Source of the DNA: Candidatus Parcubacteria bacterium
GTDB taxonomy: Bacteria > Patescibacteriota > Minisyncoccia > JACPXH01
Length of the DNA stretch: 64,000 nt
Reading direction: 5' to 3'
Assembly: GCA_016196625.1 (NCBI GenBank)
Contig: JACPXH010000004.1
Span: forward strand, 1,711 to 65,710
The translations under genes were made by a program, and so were the position numbers. Positions 19,363 through 29,381 of this stretch are shown here, piece by piece. The notes below the pieces were generated by a model. That model saw nothing but the letters and a program-made list of their open reading frames with translations, had not been told where the DNA came from and ran no database searches. Every line of letters begins with the position of its first letter. Position 1 is the first letter of the stretch.

Positions 19363-19644
19363 TCAGCGAGAAGAACTCGCTTCGACCATGGCCGCGATAT
19401 CTCTCGGCAGTTCGTCGAGCCTGACCGAAACATCAAACTCCATCCCTTCCCTGGTGAGTAAAGCCGCGGTGCCAAGTTTCACGGCCTGGCCGCCCACTTC
19501 AAGGCAGCGACACGTGACGGGAATTTCTAGCGTTGCCTCACGACCCCCTTCCTCGGCCCACTTAAGCTTCGCGGTTATATCTGACAAAAGAACATGACCG
19601 TGTTTGCCCATCACCCGAATGACGACGTTGCTCGGCTTCTCCAT
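19363..19644 (-). CDS. Hypothetical protein
   Basis: 93-aa ORF with a GGAGG SD upstream; fills the gap downstream of nth. Confidence 0.5.
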   Translation of the reverse strand: MEKPSNVVIRVMGKHGHVLLSDITAKLKWAEEGGREATLEIPVTCRCLEVGGQAVKLGTAALLTREGMEFDVSVRLDELPRDIAAMVEASSSR

Positions 19645-19658
19645 CCTTCACCCTCCCT

Positions 19659-20348
19659 TCAGCTAGGTTGTGTTGAGCCGGGAAACGTGAACGCTGCTGG
19701 GCAAATGTCGCTCAAGACGCACCGAAAACAAGCTGGCTTTTTAGCTTGACACGTGGCGCGTCCGTGCTCAATCAAGAGGTACGTGGTCTTAAACCAATCC
19801 CGCCGCGGGATCAATCCCATTAAATCTTGCTCGATCTTCACCGGATCGTCAAATCGGGTGAAGCCCAACCGCTGCGAGAGGCGCCGCACGTGGGTATCCA
19901 CCGCAATCCCTTCAACCACGCCATACGCATTGCCTAAAACCACGTTGGCGGTCTTGCGCGCGACACCCGGCACCTCGAGCAAATCTACCATGGTTCGAGG
20001 AACCTTGCCGCTAAATTTCTTTTCAATGAGTTTCGCTGCGGATAGAATATTTTTGGCTTTGTTGCGGTAGAAGCCCGTGGGTCTGATGTCGTGCGCAAAC
20101 TCTGAAGGATCGGCGCGTACGTAATCCTTGAGTGTCCGATACTTTCTGAAAAGCTTGTCCGTAACCTCGTTTACCTTTTTGTCGGTACATTGCGCTGACA
20201 GAATAACCGCAACTAACAGCTCCCAATTGTTCGAGTATCGAAGAACAATCCCGGCTTTGGGAAACGCGTGTTTCAACCGCCGGATAACCTCGGCGGCGCG
20301 CGTTTTTTTCTTGACAAACGATTCTTGCTTCAAATCAGATTTTGCCAT
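19659..20348 (-). CDS. nth: Endonuclease III
   Basis: LSAQCTD, HhH VPGVARKTANVVL, VDTHV, C-x6-C-x2-C-x5-C Fe-S motif. Confidence 0.95.
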   Translation of the reverse strand: MAKSDLKQESFVKKKTRAAEVIRRLKHAFPKAGIVLRYSNNWELLVAVILSAQCTDKKVNEVTDKLFRKYRTLKDYVRADPSEFAHDIRPTGFYRNKAKNILSAAKLIEKKFSGKVPRTMVDLLEVPGVARKTANVVLGNAYGVVEGIAVDTHVRRLSQRLGFTRFDDPVKIEQDLMGLIPRRDWFKTTYLLIEHGRATCQAKKPACFRCVLSDICPAAFTFPGSTQPS

Positions 20349-20372
20349 GGGACAGTGAATGTATGCCGTAGT

Positions 20373-20515
20373 CGGCGGCGCTGGCCCTGAAGCGACATCC
20401 ACAGCCGAGCAGCACGGTCCGAACATTCGACTCGCCAAGTGTTCGGTGCTCGGCGAGGACAGAGTGAGCGAGTCGCTGGACGAACGAACGCTCGCTGAAC
20501 GGGCCAGCGCCGCCG
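20373..20515. repeat. Intergenic fold-back element
   Basis: Perfect 15-bp IR cggcggcgctggccc/gggccagcgccgccg enclosing nested hairpins. Confidence 0.6.
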
Positions 20516-20531
20516 GCGTTACGAAAGCACG

Positions 20532-21500
20532 CTAAGGCACAAAAGCCTCATTGACAGAACTCACTGAAAAACCCGGCCGCTTGCCGCCCGCAATCGTATA
20601 GATGCGCTCACCCAATACTGCCGCGCCCAGACCGTGACGACCGGTCAGCATAGGAGCAGCGCCCAACCACTGATCGTGCTCCGGCCTGTAGACATCCACG
20701 TCGGCGAACGTACGCGTCGGCTCTTCGCCGCCAAACACGTAGAGCAGCCCCTCTGAATTGACGGCCGCAATGCCGCCCCGGGCGCGGGGCATGGATCGCA
20801 CCGCAGACCAGCTTCCGCTCACCGTATCGTACACCTCTACCGTATCCACATTCCGGGCCGGACTACCCTTTCGTCCGCCGATGGCCACGATACGACTTCC
20901 CGAAGCCACAACCGCCAGATGGTCGCGGGCCGTGGGCATGGCCGTCAACGTCTCCCACTGATTAAACTTGGGATCAAACCGAGCGAGCTCTCCCGTGGGC
21001 CCTGAAAACTCCAGCCCACCGATTAGATAAATGTAATCGCCCACCACGGCTGCGCCAGCCGCACCGCGGGCCAAGGGCATCACTTCAAGCTCGGCCCATG
21101 AATTCCGCGTGGGATCGTACTTCCAGGTGCGCTTGGTCGGAACGGCAGTCCACCCCTGTAGTCCCCCAAAAACGTAGAGCTCGCCGCGATAAGCGGCCAC
21201 CGCGGCATGGTGTACAGGTTTGGGCAGCGCTGCCAGCTCCTCCCAACGATTTAACTCCTCATCATATCGCCACAGCGCCCCACTCGTGCGCCCAAATCCG
21301 TCAATGCCCCCCACCAGGTAAATCGCCTTAGCCAAAGAAACTGCAGCTACTTCGCTCAGCGCAACCGGCAGTTTCGCGCGCTCGGTCCAAAAACTGCTCA
21401 CTTCAGATCGCTCCCAAAAACGAATCTCAACCCCGCGGACGTACCAAAAGTAAAAGCCAACCAACAACACGATTATAAAAACCAGAAACGTTTTTCGCAT
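20532..21500 (-). CDS. Membrane-anchored Kelch-repeat beta-propeller protein
   Basis: Six repeats of the IYLxGG...YD...W pattern; N-terminal TM. Confidence 0.9.
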   Translation of the reverse strand: MRKTFLVFIIVLLVGFYFWYVRGVEIRFWERSEVSSFWTERAKLPVALSEVAAVSLAKAIYLVGGIDGFGRTSGALWRYDEELNRWEELAALPKPVHHAAVAAYRGELYVFGGLQGWTAVPTKRTWKYDPTRNSWAELEVMPLARGAAGAAVVGDYIYLIGGLEFSGPTGELARFDPKFNQWETLTAMPTARDHLAVVASGSRIVAIGGRKGSPARNVDTVEVYDTVSGSWSAVRSMPRARGGIAAVNSEGLLYVFGGEEPTRTFADVDVYRPEHDQWLGAAPMLTGRHGLGAAVLGERIYTIAGGKRPGFSVSSVNEAFVP

Positions 21501-21748
21501 GGTCAAGGCTAGCGCCGCTATGCTAAAGTATCGCCATGCCCAGTGCTACAACTTCGAACATGTTCGTCCGTGCGTACGCCTATGCCGATGCGCTCACGAA
21601 GTGCTGGACGGCATCCTATCGTGTGAGTTGTGAGGGGTCGAGGCGAACATTCGAAAATGGAACCTTTGAGGTGCGCGGCCCATGCCTTACAATAACGAAT
21701 ACTCTTTCCCCCTCGTCGATTTCTCATTCGAAGTTGTAGCAACTGGGC

Positions 21749-22228
21749 ATGCGCGCTATCCTCATTGGGCTTATGGCGCTGGGAGCGTTTTTCGCAGGAC
21801 TCTACCGACCGGCGCAGCGCGAACCGCTCGTCGCCATCCAGACCGACTCCGGCCCGGTCAACGTCCGCGTGGAAATTGCGGACAGTCCCCGGGAGTGGTC
21901 GCGGGGGTTAATGAACAGGCGCACGCTCGCGCCCGATGCCGGCATGCTGTTTGTGTTCCCCGACGACACGATCCGGACGTTCTGGATGAAAGATACCTTG
22001 ATCGCGCTCGATGTTATCTTCTTGGATGCGCAGGGCAGCATTGTCTCAATGAAAACCATGACTCCGTGTCTGCCTCGAACGAAGCCGCAAGCAGCAGTGT
22101 CCTCAGGCTGCCCCACCTACTCTTCCGAGGTACCGGCCCGCTATGCGCTCGAGGTTACAGGAGGCTTCAGCGAACGCTACCGGCTTAAAGCGGGCCAAAA
22201 GGCAACGCTCCCCGAGGCAGCGCGCTAA
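21749..22228 (+). CDS. DUF192 family protein
   Basis: VEIAD...RGLM, GMLFVF, FWMKDT..LDVIF, YALEV. Confidence 0.9.
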   Translation: MRAILIGLMALGAFFAGLYRPAQREPLVAIQTDSGPVNVRVEIADSPREWSRGLMNRRTLAPDAGMLFVFPDDTIRTFWMKDTLIALDVIFLDAQGSIVSMKTMTPCLPRTKPQAAVSSGCPTYSSEVPARYALEVTGGFSERYRLKAGQKATLPEAAR

Positions 22229-23028
22229 AGGATCTCATACGTTACGGTGATGCTCGCCACCACCTCCTGACTGCCCGGTTCAATGGTCGCCGGCGCACCA
22301 CCGCCGCCCCGGCCTTCGGCAAAGTATCGTTCCGAATACGGCTGCGGGATTGAAGCGTACTCGCTGACGTTAATAATTCGCCCTAGCCGCACGCCGGCCT
22401 GACTGGCCATAGCCGCGGCTTTGTCACGAAGTTTCTGGAATGCTTCGGCGCGCGCGGTTGCCTTGAAGGGTTCTGGGTCATCCACGAAAAATGAAATGCC
22501 GCCTGTTTGATTCGCCCCACGGCTGGTTGCACCCTCGATGAGATCCCCGAGCCTCCCGATGTCACGAACCTTTACCGCCACCTCTTGCGTGAGGCTGTAC
22601 CCGACGATCTCTGGAGCCGGGAGCGTCCGGGGTATTTGCTCAAACGGATTTACCGCGCTCGACGAATACTTCGGGTACAAGTTGTAATTTGTCGTCGTGA
22701 TGTCCTTGTCCGCCACACCGAACGACTTCAAAAACGCGACCGCCGCGTTCATCTTGTCCGTGTTCTCCGAAACAACCTCAGCGACGGTTTTGCCCTCGGT
22801 TATGACCGAGAACGTCAGCCGCGCGGTGTCGGGACGGGCGGTCGCCTTGCCTTGCGCCTCCACGCTCATCGTGCGAGTTGCCTGCGCACCCTGACGGGTG
22901 GTTTGCGCCGTGCGCACGATGGTCTCGGTTGACAACGTAAAAAGGTAGAGCATAAGCACCGCTCCCACCGCGGGCCACACGCCGCGGCGGACAGTATCCC
23001 AGAGCGACTGGGGTGTTTGATCGTTCAT
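22225..23028 (-). CDS. SIMPL/DUF541 domain protein
   Basis: GKATARPDTA, DITTTNYNLYP, GVRLGRIINVSE, IEPGSQEV. Confidence 0.9.
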   Translation of the reverse strand: MNDQTPQSLWDTVRRGVWPAVGAVLMLYLFTLSTETIVRTAQTTRQGAQATRTMSVEAQGKATARPDTARLTFSVITEGKTVAEVVSENTDKMNAAVAFLKSFGVADKDITTTNYNLYPKYSSSAVNPFEQIPRTLPAPEIVGYSLTQEVAVKVRDIGRLGDLIEGATSRGANQTGGISFFVDDPEPFKATARAEAFQKLRDKAAAMASQAGVRLGRIINVSEYASIPQPYSERYFAEGRGGGGAPATIEPGSQEVVASITVTYEIL

Positions 23029-23858
23029 GAGCTTATCCCACTATGAATTATAGACGACGAAGGCGTCTCATACCGCTCGCCGGTGAGCGCGGCGGCGAGG
23101 ATCCGATCAAGACGAAAGCTGCGCACATCTCCGCGCAGATGACAAAACCCCTCCAGATACTGATTCGTGAGGCGATAGATATTCACTTTCCGTTTTTTCC
23201 GGCACGTCTCCCCCACGCGCACTCCGGCTGACACATAATCAATCTCCACGGTGCGCCGCTCGCTGTGCGCTTGCGCGAGAATGCCGGAGATGCCCTCTGT
23301 GCCTTGTTCCGACCCTGCATGCCACCGGGCCGGAACGCTCACGGTATCCATGCCAAAATTCGTTTCAGCCAAAAGCTCGCCGTGCTTCAACCCATACTCA
23401 TAGAGATTTTTGGTAAGGCGAACGTCGTCAAGGCAGTAGGTCTTGAGTTCTTCCATGCGCCCCTCCCGCCAGAACCGGATGGCTTCGAGCCCCTGCGCGA
23501 TCTTGCGCTCGCCCAAGGTGGCTGCCGCAAGACTGTTTAAACTCACGCGGTGGCCGGTAAAACGCACGACCTCTTCCATGAGGTCCAATACCGCGAGCGA
23601 ACCAAAATCTGTTTTGAGATAAGGCGCCAACACCGGCAAGTCAAACTGCCGGATGTTAAAGCCGATGATCTCGGGTTTGGCCGCAAGGCGCGCTTCCAAC
23701 TCCGGCAGTTCTGCCTCTTCATAACAGCGAAACGCGCCTGTCTCGTAGTCAAAAACTCCTGCCACCGACACCTTCAAGAGCCGCAGATTTTGCCTGCCGC
23801 CCACGTCGGCGAATGAGTTTTGCGTCTCCAAATCTAAAACGAGCTTGTTGGGATTCAT
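23025..23858 (-). CDS. RNase H-like 3'-5' exonuclease fused to a C-terminal WYL domain
   Basis: DLET, GFNIRQFD, YCLDDV (DEDDy type); C-terminal VEIDY...R.V...YLEGFCHLRGDVRSFRLDRI (WYL). Confidence 0.85.
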   Translation of the reverse strand: MNPNKLVLDLETQNSFADVGGRQNLRLLKVSVAGVFDYETGAFRCYEEAELPELEARLAAKPEIIGFNIRQFDLPVLAPYLKTDFGSLAVLDLMEEVVRFTGHRVSLNSLAAATLGERKIAQGLEAIRFWREGRMEELKTYCLDDVRLTKNLYEYGLKHGELLAETNFGMDTVSVPARWHAGSEQGTEGISGILAQAHSERRTVEIDYVSAGVRVGETCRKKRKVNIYRLTNQYLEGFCHLRGDVRSFRLDRILAAALTGERYETPSSSIIHSGISS

Positions 23859-24088
23859 GTATGCTCAGTGATCCGGCCGAGCCTGACGGAAACAAATACG
23901 AGCACGAAGGTAATCACGAACGCATAGGTAAATTTTGCCGTAATTCCCTGCTGCTCCGGAAAAAATTCCTTGACGAGTGCCTGAATGGCTTCGTTCCACG
24001 CGAGTGCGACCACGAGCCCGAAAGACGTAATTATCAGCGTGATGACGCGTTCGAGGAAGACTCGGCGGACGCGCGGGGTGTCTACCAT
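23855..24088 (-). CDS. Small two-TM membrane protein (DUF5654-like)
   Basis: SFGLVVALAWNEAIQ motif. Confidence 0.75.
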   Translation of the reverse strand: MVDTPRVRRVFLERVITLIITSFGLVVALAWNEAIQALVKEFFPEQQGITAKFTYAFVITFVLVFVSVRLGRITEHT

Positions 24089-24328
24089 GATTTCGCCATT
24101 ATAGCCGACTGCGCGTGTTCGGGCAAATGGAATGCTTGACCCCGTACCACAACGCGCCGCAGATGCTTACTCTTAACTCGCCGTTCAACCAGTTATGGAC
24201 GCACCGCCCCGGGAATTTCGCTCCGTCGTTGTGGTACACGGGGTTGACGTAACCCACTATGATTGCTACGGTCCGTAACGCGCATACCGCTCTTTTCATC
24301 ATCAAACCCGCAGACGGAGGGAGATACC

Positions 24329-25054
24329 GTGAACTGGTATGAGGAAGCGAGGAAACGCATCGTGCTTGCGCTGGATGACCCGGAGGACACGGCTCTGCTC
24401 GAGGATCTCGGCCCTCGGGTCAAGATCGTCAAGCTCCACGCGCTGTGCGATACTCTAGGGGCCTCAGCTGTAATACAGCTCATCCGTCGCGCCGCGCCAC
24501 ATCGGAAGGGATTCTTCGATTGGAAGCTCCTCGATACCTCCGGAACCGTCATCGCCCGCGCGCGCATCGCCAAACACGCGGGCGCGAGCATGATGACCGT
24601 GCACGGACGAGGAGAACCCGCAATGATCCGCGGAGCGGTCCTGTACGGCCCGCCACACGTATTCGCGGTCATGCGGCTCACCACAGAAACCAAATCAGAT
24701 ATCGGAGGCCTGGACGCAGTCGGCGAATGGGCATCACGCGCGGTCAACGCTGGCGTGGCGGGGCTGGTAACTCCGGCAGAAGATCTTCCGTTTCTCGCCG
24801 AGAACCTCGCGCGCCTCAAACTCGATACTAGTCGGAAGGTAGCGTTCGTCGTACCCGGGATTCGACCAGCCGGTGAGTCAACTGATGAACACGCCTCGAC
24901 TGCCACTCCCCAATGGGCTATCCAGAACGGCGCAGATTTCCTTGTGATAGGACGACCCATCACGCGAGCACCCGATCCGGTCAAAGTCTTCGACGCGATC
25001 GTCGAAGAGGTGGCCCAAGCGCTCGCGGAACGTGCGCGGGGAGGGAAGCCATGA
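24329..25054 (+). CDS. pyrF: Orotidine-5'-phosphate decarboxylase (divergent)
   Basis: IVLALD, DWKLLDTSGT (DxKxxD), TVHG, VPGIRP, GADFLVIGRPIT; GGAGGGAG SD before GTG. Confidence 0.88.
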   Translation: MNWYEEARKRIVLALDDPEDTALLEDLGPRVKIVKLHALCDTLGASAVIQLIRRAAPHRKGFFDWKLLDTSGTVIARARIAKHAGASMMTVHGRGEPAMIRGAVLYGPPHVFAVMRLTTETKSDIGGLDAVGEWASRAVNAGVAGLVTPAEDLPFLAENLARLKLDTSRKVAFVVPGIRPAGESTDEHASTATPQWAIQNGADFLVIGRPITRAPDPVKVFDAIVEEVAQALAERARGGKP

Positions 25055-25833
25055 AACCGAGAAGCATCGAACAGCTCGAGCGGCGAGTCCCCAGACGGCG
25101 GCCAATGCCGTATACCGCCCGGGATGAGAAGCTGATCACGGAAATGATGGGGGTAGCTGGGTTCATCACCTACGACCCGGACCATGTGATCGTTCTCGTG
25201 TCGGGCGCCAAAACGCATGTGTACGTTCGGGGCCGAAGTGAAACCACCGACCATCCGGGATTCATGCATCAGATTGGCCGCAAGATCGAGGATGTCGTCT
25301 GGCAAGAATCCTGCTCCGTACGCCAACCATGCATCATCGGCGTACCAGACGCGGCAACACCACTGGCGGTTGCCACGTCAACCGCCAGTTTCACCGGCCG
25401 ATGCGGACGTCTCGGGTCTACCATCGCCTGCCGCATCATGCACAAAAGCCCGAAGGCACACGGCGCCGACGAAAAACGATGGGTAGACGGCACGCCCAAC
25501 CACCAAGCCCACGAATACTTCCTCCTCGAAAACGTAATCACGACCGGCGGCACCGTCATCGACGCAGCTAAGCATTTGCTCGATGACGGCTATTGCCTCG
25601 AAGACGTAACCTGCCTGGTGTTCGTTGATCGCGAGCAGGGCGGGATCGAAACGATTGAGCGCGGCGTGCCGTGGACGAACGAGAAGGACCAAGAGGAGCT
25701 CCGCACGTTCCGGAGGGTAGTCGCCATCTACCGACTCACCAAGCTCGTGAGCGCCTTCGGCGAGATGAACCTTTGGCCGCCGGAACACGTCGCGGCCGTC
25801 CACCAAGAGATCCACGCTACCACGGTGCGCTGA
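25051..25833 (+). CDS. pyrE: Orotate phosphoribosyltransferase-like protein (divergent)
   Basis: LVSGAKTHVY, HKSPKAHG, LLENVITTGGT PRPP loop, VDREQGG; ATGA overlap with pyrF. Confidence 0.75.
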   Translation: MKPRSIEQLERRVPRRRPMPYTARDEKLITEMMGVAGFITYDPDHVIVLVSGAKTHVYVRGRSETTDHPGFMHQIGRKIEDVVWQESCSVRQPCIIGVPDAATPLAVATSTASFTGRCGRLGSTIACRIMHKSPKAHGADEKRWVDGTPNHQAHEYFLLENVITTGGTVIDAAKHLLDDGYCLEDVTCLVFVDREQGGIETIERGVPWTNEKDQEELRTFRRVVAIYRLTKLVSAFGEMNLWPPEHVAAVHQEIHATTVR

Positions 25834-25860
25834 CAGATCAATCACTCTTTAGCACCACCA

Positions 25861-25901
25861 GCGCCCGCCCAAGACGAGACTTCGTCTCATTGGGCGGGCG
25901 C
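25861..25901. terminator. Terminator hairpin between convergent genes
   Basis: gcgcccgcccaa...ttgggcgggcgc stem. Confidence 0.65.
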
Positions 25902-26013
25902 AATTTCATTTGTATGGCTTAACCAACCAACGACCAAAGTAACATTTATCTGCGATCGCAGATAAATGTTACTTTCTGTTCTTCTGGCACGAACAAACAT
26001 TGGCACGGCGGGT

Positions 26014-26418
26014 CTACTGCTGCGATCGCGTCTTGCGCCGAGTCTCACGTTTGCGCTCAAGCTCGCGGATGCGTTTCTCGGAAATCCCAAAGTAGTGTCC
26101 TACTTCGTGCCAGACGACCTCGTCAACGATGGCGCGAATTCGCTCTGGATCGCCGCTGGCAGCACGTTCAATCGGACCCTGATAGATGGTGATTTTGTCC
26201 GGCAAGATTTTAAAATAGTGACTGCCGTAGACGGTGCCGGGCGTACCCTCGTACAAGCCCAAAAGCTCGCTGCCCGGCCCCACGCCTGTCTTTACTTTCT
26301 GTTCCGGCAAGGCCTCGGCTTCAACCACGATCGCCACGTTCTTGAGGCGTTCGAGGAAAGATATCGGTAGCGCGTCTACCGCCGCGCTCACCAGTTTTTC
26401 AAAGTCATCTCTCGTCAT
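26014..26418 (-). CDS. Zincin-like minimal metallopeptidase
   Basis: LLGLYEG, PDKITIYQGPI, HEVGHYFG. Confidence 0.9.
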   Translation of the reverse strand: MTRDDFEKLVSAAVDALPISFLERLKNVAIVVEAEALPEQKVKTGVGPGSELLGLYEGTPGTVYGSHYFKILPDKITIYQGPIERAASGDPERIRAIVDEVVWHEVGHYFGISEKRIRELERKRETRRKTRSQQ

Positions 26419-27038
26419 TTGAGTAGCGGCCGGATAACCTTTTCAAGACGGTCGGCTATTTTCTGGTAGCCTTTGGCGTTGGGATGAATCGTGTCCACCT
26501 TGAGCGACGGATCGCCAATGATGCCTTTTAGAACATTCGGCACATAGGCGGTCTGATACTGACGCGCCAGACGCTTATACTCGGAAGCGAACTCATCGGA
26601 AAAAACGCCGCCGCGCACGCCAACGAGCACGACCACCGCACCTCTTGCCTGAAACGCTTCAATAATCCGCCCGAGGTTCTGCGCGGTTTCCTCTTTGGGC
26701 CGACGCTGCAAGAAGTCATTGCCGCCCAGCATCACGATTACAAGCTTTGGCCGCGGGTACTGCCCAAAGAGCGCGGGTAGCCGTACCAACGCACCAGCAG
26801 TCGTGTCGCCGGAAACTCCGGCGTTGACAATTGACACACCCAGCCGCGCCGAGAGCACCGCGACGTATGTCTCGGCGGACGCAACCCCGTCTCCGGCGGT
26901 CAAACTGTCGCCCAGCGCGATCAACGTTTCGCCCGTTGAAGGATAGTTCCTCACCTGCGGGGGCCTACCGAGCTGCCACAGAACTAGCCCAAGAAGGACA
27001 GCAATGCCGGAACCAATAAGGAGGGTTCGGCGCCTCAT
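26415..27038 (-). CDS. GDSL/SGNH arylesterase
   Basis: GDSLTAG, NAGVSGDTT, GGND, DTIHPN. Confidence 0.92.
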   Translation of the reverse strand: MRRRTLLIGSGIAVLLGLVLWQLGRPPQVRNYPSTGETLIALGDSLTAGDGVASAETYVAVLSARLGVSIVNAGVSGDTTAGALVRLPALFGQYPRPKLVIVMLGGNDFLQRRPKEETAQNLGRIIEAFQARGAVVVLVGVRGGVFSDEFASEYKRLARQYQTAYVPNVLKGIIGDPSLKVDTIHPNAKGYQKIADRLEKVIRPLLK

Positions 27039-28249
27039 GGTCTAGAAGCTGCCGCTGGTTTTCGGTACGGCACGAACAGCATGAGCCCGGCCGCGGCGGC
27101 AGAAGTTGCCGCGCCGTAGGCAAATGGTGCGGCAGGCCCGAAACGATCCCACAGGAATCCGGCGATGAGACTTGCGGGCAGCAACGCCAAGCCCACGCAC
27201 GCCGCAAACAGACCGAACGCCGCCCCCCGATTTTCTTCACTTACCACATCCGCAACGAACGCCCGCTGCGTGCCTTCGGCGATGGCCGCGTAAAAACCAT
27301 AACAGGCGAATAGCGGCCAGATGAGCGCGGGCGACGAAACCACGGCAAATCCAAGATAGACCAAACTGAAGATGACAAATCCGGCCGCGAGCAGCCGCCG
27401 CCGGCCAAAACGATCGGACGCGATGCCAGCCGGCACCGCCAAACTCGCGTAGACCACATTGAAGAGCACGTAGGCGAGCGGGACAGCGTACGCCGGCACG
27501 CCCGCATCCCGGGCGCGCAAAAGCAAAAACGCATCGGATGAGTTGCCAATTGCGAATAGGGTGGCCGCGATGAGAAACATGGTGAAGCGCGGCGTGAATA
27601 TCTTCCGAGACCGTAAGCCACCTAGCTGCCGCCGAAGGTCAGGAGCGATCGGAGACGGCGCGCCCCGCACTTCCCGAACAAACACCATCAGGTTGAGGAC
27701 CGCAACAGCGCTCGCGACGAACGAAAGCAAGAATACGTTTCGAAACCCAAACAGGGGCAGGAGCGCTGCGGCCAAGAGCGGTCCTACGACCGCGCCAATG
27801 GTATCCATGGTCCGGTGGAAACCAAACGAGCGGCCGTAGTTCGCCGTAGCCGTAGAAGACGCAATCAGGGCGTCGCGCGGCGCGGTCCGGACTCCTTTGC
27901 CGAGGCGATCGGTAAACCGGACTGCGAGCACGTGCCCGGGGAGCGTTGCAAAGGCCAAGAGGGGTTTAACCACCGCCGAGAGAGAATAACCGAGGACCGT
28001 AAGCCCCTTGCGGTTCTTGAACTTATCCGAAAGCCAGCCCGCGGGAATTTTTGCCAGACTCGCCGTTGCTTCTGCCACCCCCTCAATGAGCCCTACGGTT
28101 TTGAAACTGGCGTTGAGTACCGTCGTCAAAAAGAGAGGGATGAGCGGGAATATCATCTCGCTCGAGGCGTCGTTCAAAAGCGAGGTCAACCCGAGAAAAA
28201 ACACGTTGCGGGGAACGCCGAGCACATTTTTTGTCTCTGTTGGTTTCAT
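27035..28249 (-). CDS. MFS transporter
   Basis: About 12 TMs, GWLSDKFKNRK, DRLGKGVRTAPRDAL, SDRFGRR. Confidence 0.92.
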   Translation of the reverse strand: MKPTETKNVLGVPRNVFFLGLTSLLNDASSEMIFPLIPLFLTTVLNASFKTVGLIEGVAEATASLAKIPAGWLSDKFKNRKGLTVLGYSLSAVVKPLLAFATLPGHVLAVRFTDRLGKGVRTAPRDALIASSTATANYGRSFGFHRTMDTIGAVVGPLLAAALLPLFGFRNVFLLSFVASAVAVLNLMVFVREVRGAPSPIAPDLRRQLGGLRSRKIFTPRFTMFLIAATLFAIGNSSDAFLLLRARDAGVPAYAVPLAYVLFNVVYASLAVPAGIASDRFGRRRLLAAGFVIFSLVYLGFAVVSSPALIWPLFACYGFYAAIAEGTQRAFVADVVSEENRGAAFGLFAACVGLALLPASLIAGFLWDRFGPAAPFAYGAATSAAAAGLMLFVPYRKPAAASRP

Positions 28250-28258
28250 ATTTATATT

Positions 28259-28472
28259 TGTAAGCTTTTCGGGCGTTGTTTACATCAAGCGGGGTAGGCT
28301 CGAGCGGCTTCTGAGGCCGAGCGGGCAGGGTGCCCCGAGCCTGTCGAGGGGCGAGCGAGGCCGAGGAGCAGCGAAAATCCTCGCTGGGGATTTTCGCGTA
28401 GCGAGAGCCTATCCTGCTTGATGTCAAAGCGTACCATGTCTGTTTTTGTAAACAACGTTGGGATTTCTTACA
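28259..28472 (+). repeat. Dispersed fold-back repeat, copy B
   Basis: Nested IRs tgtaag..cgttgtttaca/tgtaaacaacg..cttaca; family core at 28370-28404. Confidence 0.85.
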
Positions 28473-28519
28473 TTATATTCTACCAATTTTCATGGTTTGA
28501 CCGAGTGGACAAAACAAAC

Positions 28520-28549
28520 TTGACATATCAATACTATGTGTTGTATATT
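28520..28549 (+). promoter_or_regulatory. Sigma70 promoter of the sortase gene
   Basis: TTGACA-18-TATATT. Confidence 0.6.
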
Positions 28550-28605
28550 AAAAGCCACACATAAACCCTTGCTGAAAAGACTAAAAAGAGCTTTAATACT
28601 GCTTT

Positions 28606-29268
28606 ATGGCCCATCTGCAGTCTCTGATAACAATGTGGCGAAAATTTGAGAAGCCTCGGGTCAACGTGAGGCTGATTTTGGCTCTGTGGAGCGCAACATT
28701 TGCCCTCATGCTCATCATCTTCTTGGGGTTTACAAGCCTCATGAAGCTCCCCGGTTCATCCGCGGGCGCATCTGACGAGCCGACACTCATTGCGCGTGCG
28801 CCTTCAAACGGCTTGGGGGTCAGTCCAAGCTCAGCGATCGTTGCCGGGACCGGCACCATCAAAATCGGAAAAATTGCGCTGGAAGCGCCGATTGTTTTTT
28901 CGCTCTCCGCTGATCTCAAAGACCTCGCGCGCGACCTGACCCAAGGAGTCGTCCATTACCCGGGTTCAGCCATGCCGGGTGGGGTGGGCAACGTCTTTAT
29001 CGCCGGACACAGCTCCGGACAAGTCTGGGATCCCAATCCCTACAAACGCGTCTTCGCAAAGTTGGGGCAGTTGAAGCGCGGAGACAACATCGTGATCGTC
29101 TCGACCGGCACGACGTATACGTACCGGGTGCGCTCGGTCATGGTGCTCCGACCCGATGAAATCCGCATCTTCCAACCGTCTACTTCGCCCATGCTCACGC
29201 TTTCGACCTGCTGGCCCATTGGTTCAGCCACGAACCGGTTCGTGGTGGAGGCGGATTTGGTTTCGTAA
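28606..29268 (+). CDS. Sortase
   Basis: N-terminal TM, GVVHYPGS..PG..GNVFIAGHSS, LTLSTCWP..S..NR catalytic His/Cys/Arg. Confidence 0.92.
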   Translation: MAHLQSLITMWRKFEKPRVNVRLILALWSATFALMLIIFLGFTSLMKLPGSSAGASDEPTLIARAPSNGLGVSPSSAIVAGTGTIKIGKIALEAPIVFSLSADLKDLARDLTQGVVHYPGSAMPGGVGNVFIAGHSSGQVWDPNPYKRVFAKLGQLKRGDNIVIVSTGTTYTYRVRSVMVLRPDEIRIFQPSTSPMLTLSTCWPIGSATNRFVVEADLVS

Positions 29269-29381
29269 TTCCATGTTCGGTCCCGCGTTTGTCCTGAGCT
29301 TGTCGAAGGACGCGGGGTCGCGATGGGTTTAGGAAACCCTTGTTCTCTCACAACAGAACGAACCACAAACAGGAGGGAGAC

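Noticed and set aside
21536-21739. 67-aa ORF and CGAACATGTTCG palindrome as an SOS box
   Set aside because: The spacing is GAAC-N2-GTTC rather than N4, and the ORF has no supporting features.
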